Below are positions 63,839-64,000 of a stretch of 64,000 bases of DNA, one piece after another (within the stretch, counting starts at the first letter, position 1; each line of letters starts with the position of its first letter). Made by a program: the position numbers and the translations under genes. The notes under the pieces were generated by a model that was not told the DNA's origin, did no database searches, and worked only from the letters and a program-made list of their open reading frames with translations. Source of the DNA: Deltaproteobacteria bacterium (GTDB taxonomy: Bacteria; Desulfobacterota; Desulfobacteria; Desulfobacterales; B30-G6); contig JAJDNW010000096.1 in NCBI GenBank assembly GCA_022340465.1, positions 3,280 to 67,279 of the forward strand. Reading direction: 5' to 3'.

Positions 63839-64000
63839 CTATTTTACAGCGAGGGCCAGTTCTTTGCCTAAGCGATATGCGCTGCTGATGGCATGTTTAT
63901 CGTCTTTGACCTTTCCTTTATCGAAGATCCTGAAGACAGGCAGTTCTCCTATGATTTCATAACCGAGCGCTTCAATAGGCCGTTTCATGGCCTCTAAAGT
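63839..64000 (-). CDS. 3-prime end of an unidentified gene that continues beyond the window
   Basis: The minus-strand frame is open from base 64000 to a TAG at 63841-63839 and translates '...TLEAMKRPIEALGYEIIGELPVFRIFDKGKVKDDKHAISSAYRLGKELALAVK'. At 53 aa it is too short for the ORF track. Confidence 0.35.
   Translation of the reverse strand, partial: TLEAMKRPIEALGYEIIGELPVFRIFDKGKVKDDKHAISSAYRLGKELALAVK

Overview
This is a 64 kb chromosomal window that is GC-rich (about 55-60% by eye) except for the last 3 kb. It is gene-dense and looks like an anaerobic, sulfate-reducer-type deltaproteobacterium (Desulfobacterales-like); that assignment is inferred from gene content only. I found no rRNA, tRNA, CRISPR array, transposase or integrase.

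The best-supported block is a complete carbonyl-branch Wood-Ljungdahl cluster at 35.1-47.9 kb. It runs CoA-transferase::GNAT fusion, RACo/AcsV corrinoid activator, acsD, cooS/acsA, acsB, acsC, acsE, and ends in a strong bidirectional terminator.

Other content, in order:
- a 5-prime-truncated RND pump with an odd C-terminal tail
- a Zn alcohol dehydrogenase
- a 1459-aa double BcrAD/HgdC-type activase fusion
- an envelope block (OprO/P-like porin with an unusual N-domain, DUF481 outer membrane protein, MscS channel)
- an FmdE-like / ModE-N-like divergent pair around a perfect palindrome
- an HD protein, a UMF1 MFS transporter and a Cache-HAMP-GAF-HD-GYP sensor
- a lipid-remodelling locus (lipoprotein + GDPD, facing an acyltransferase)
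- mtnP-apt next to an amidohydrolase pseudogene remnant
- DRTGG, RnfB::ferredoxin::GltD fusion, RseC
- PilZ, a glycosyltransferase, a parvulin, cspA, a polysaccharide deacetylase
- a 530-aa HEAT/kinase-like orphan

The most promising candidate for an undescribed system is the TetR-headed operon at 49.5-61.1 kb. It encodes a beta-oxidation-like pathway built from SCP2-tagged multidomain fusions: MaoC-SDR-SCP2; an apparently catalytically dead HMG-CoA-synthase-like domain fused to DUF35-SDR-SCP2; an SCP2-type thiolase; an IVD-type acyl-CoA dehydrogenase; a RetSat/CrtI-like flavoenzyme; and an FNR-2Fe2S reductase. Structured intergenic repeat hairpins sit between its genes.

From 61.1 kb the composition drops sharply into a low-GC segment: a DUF1214 fragment, a His-rich orphan and an M20 peptidase.

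All functional calls rest on motif and domain recognition by eye. No database search was run.
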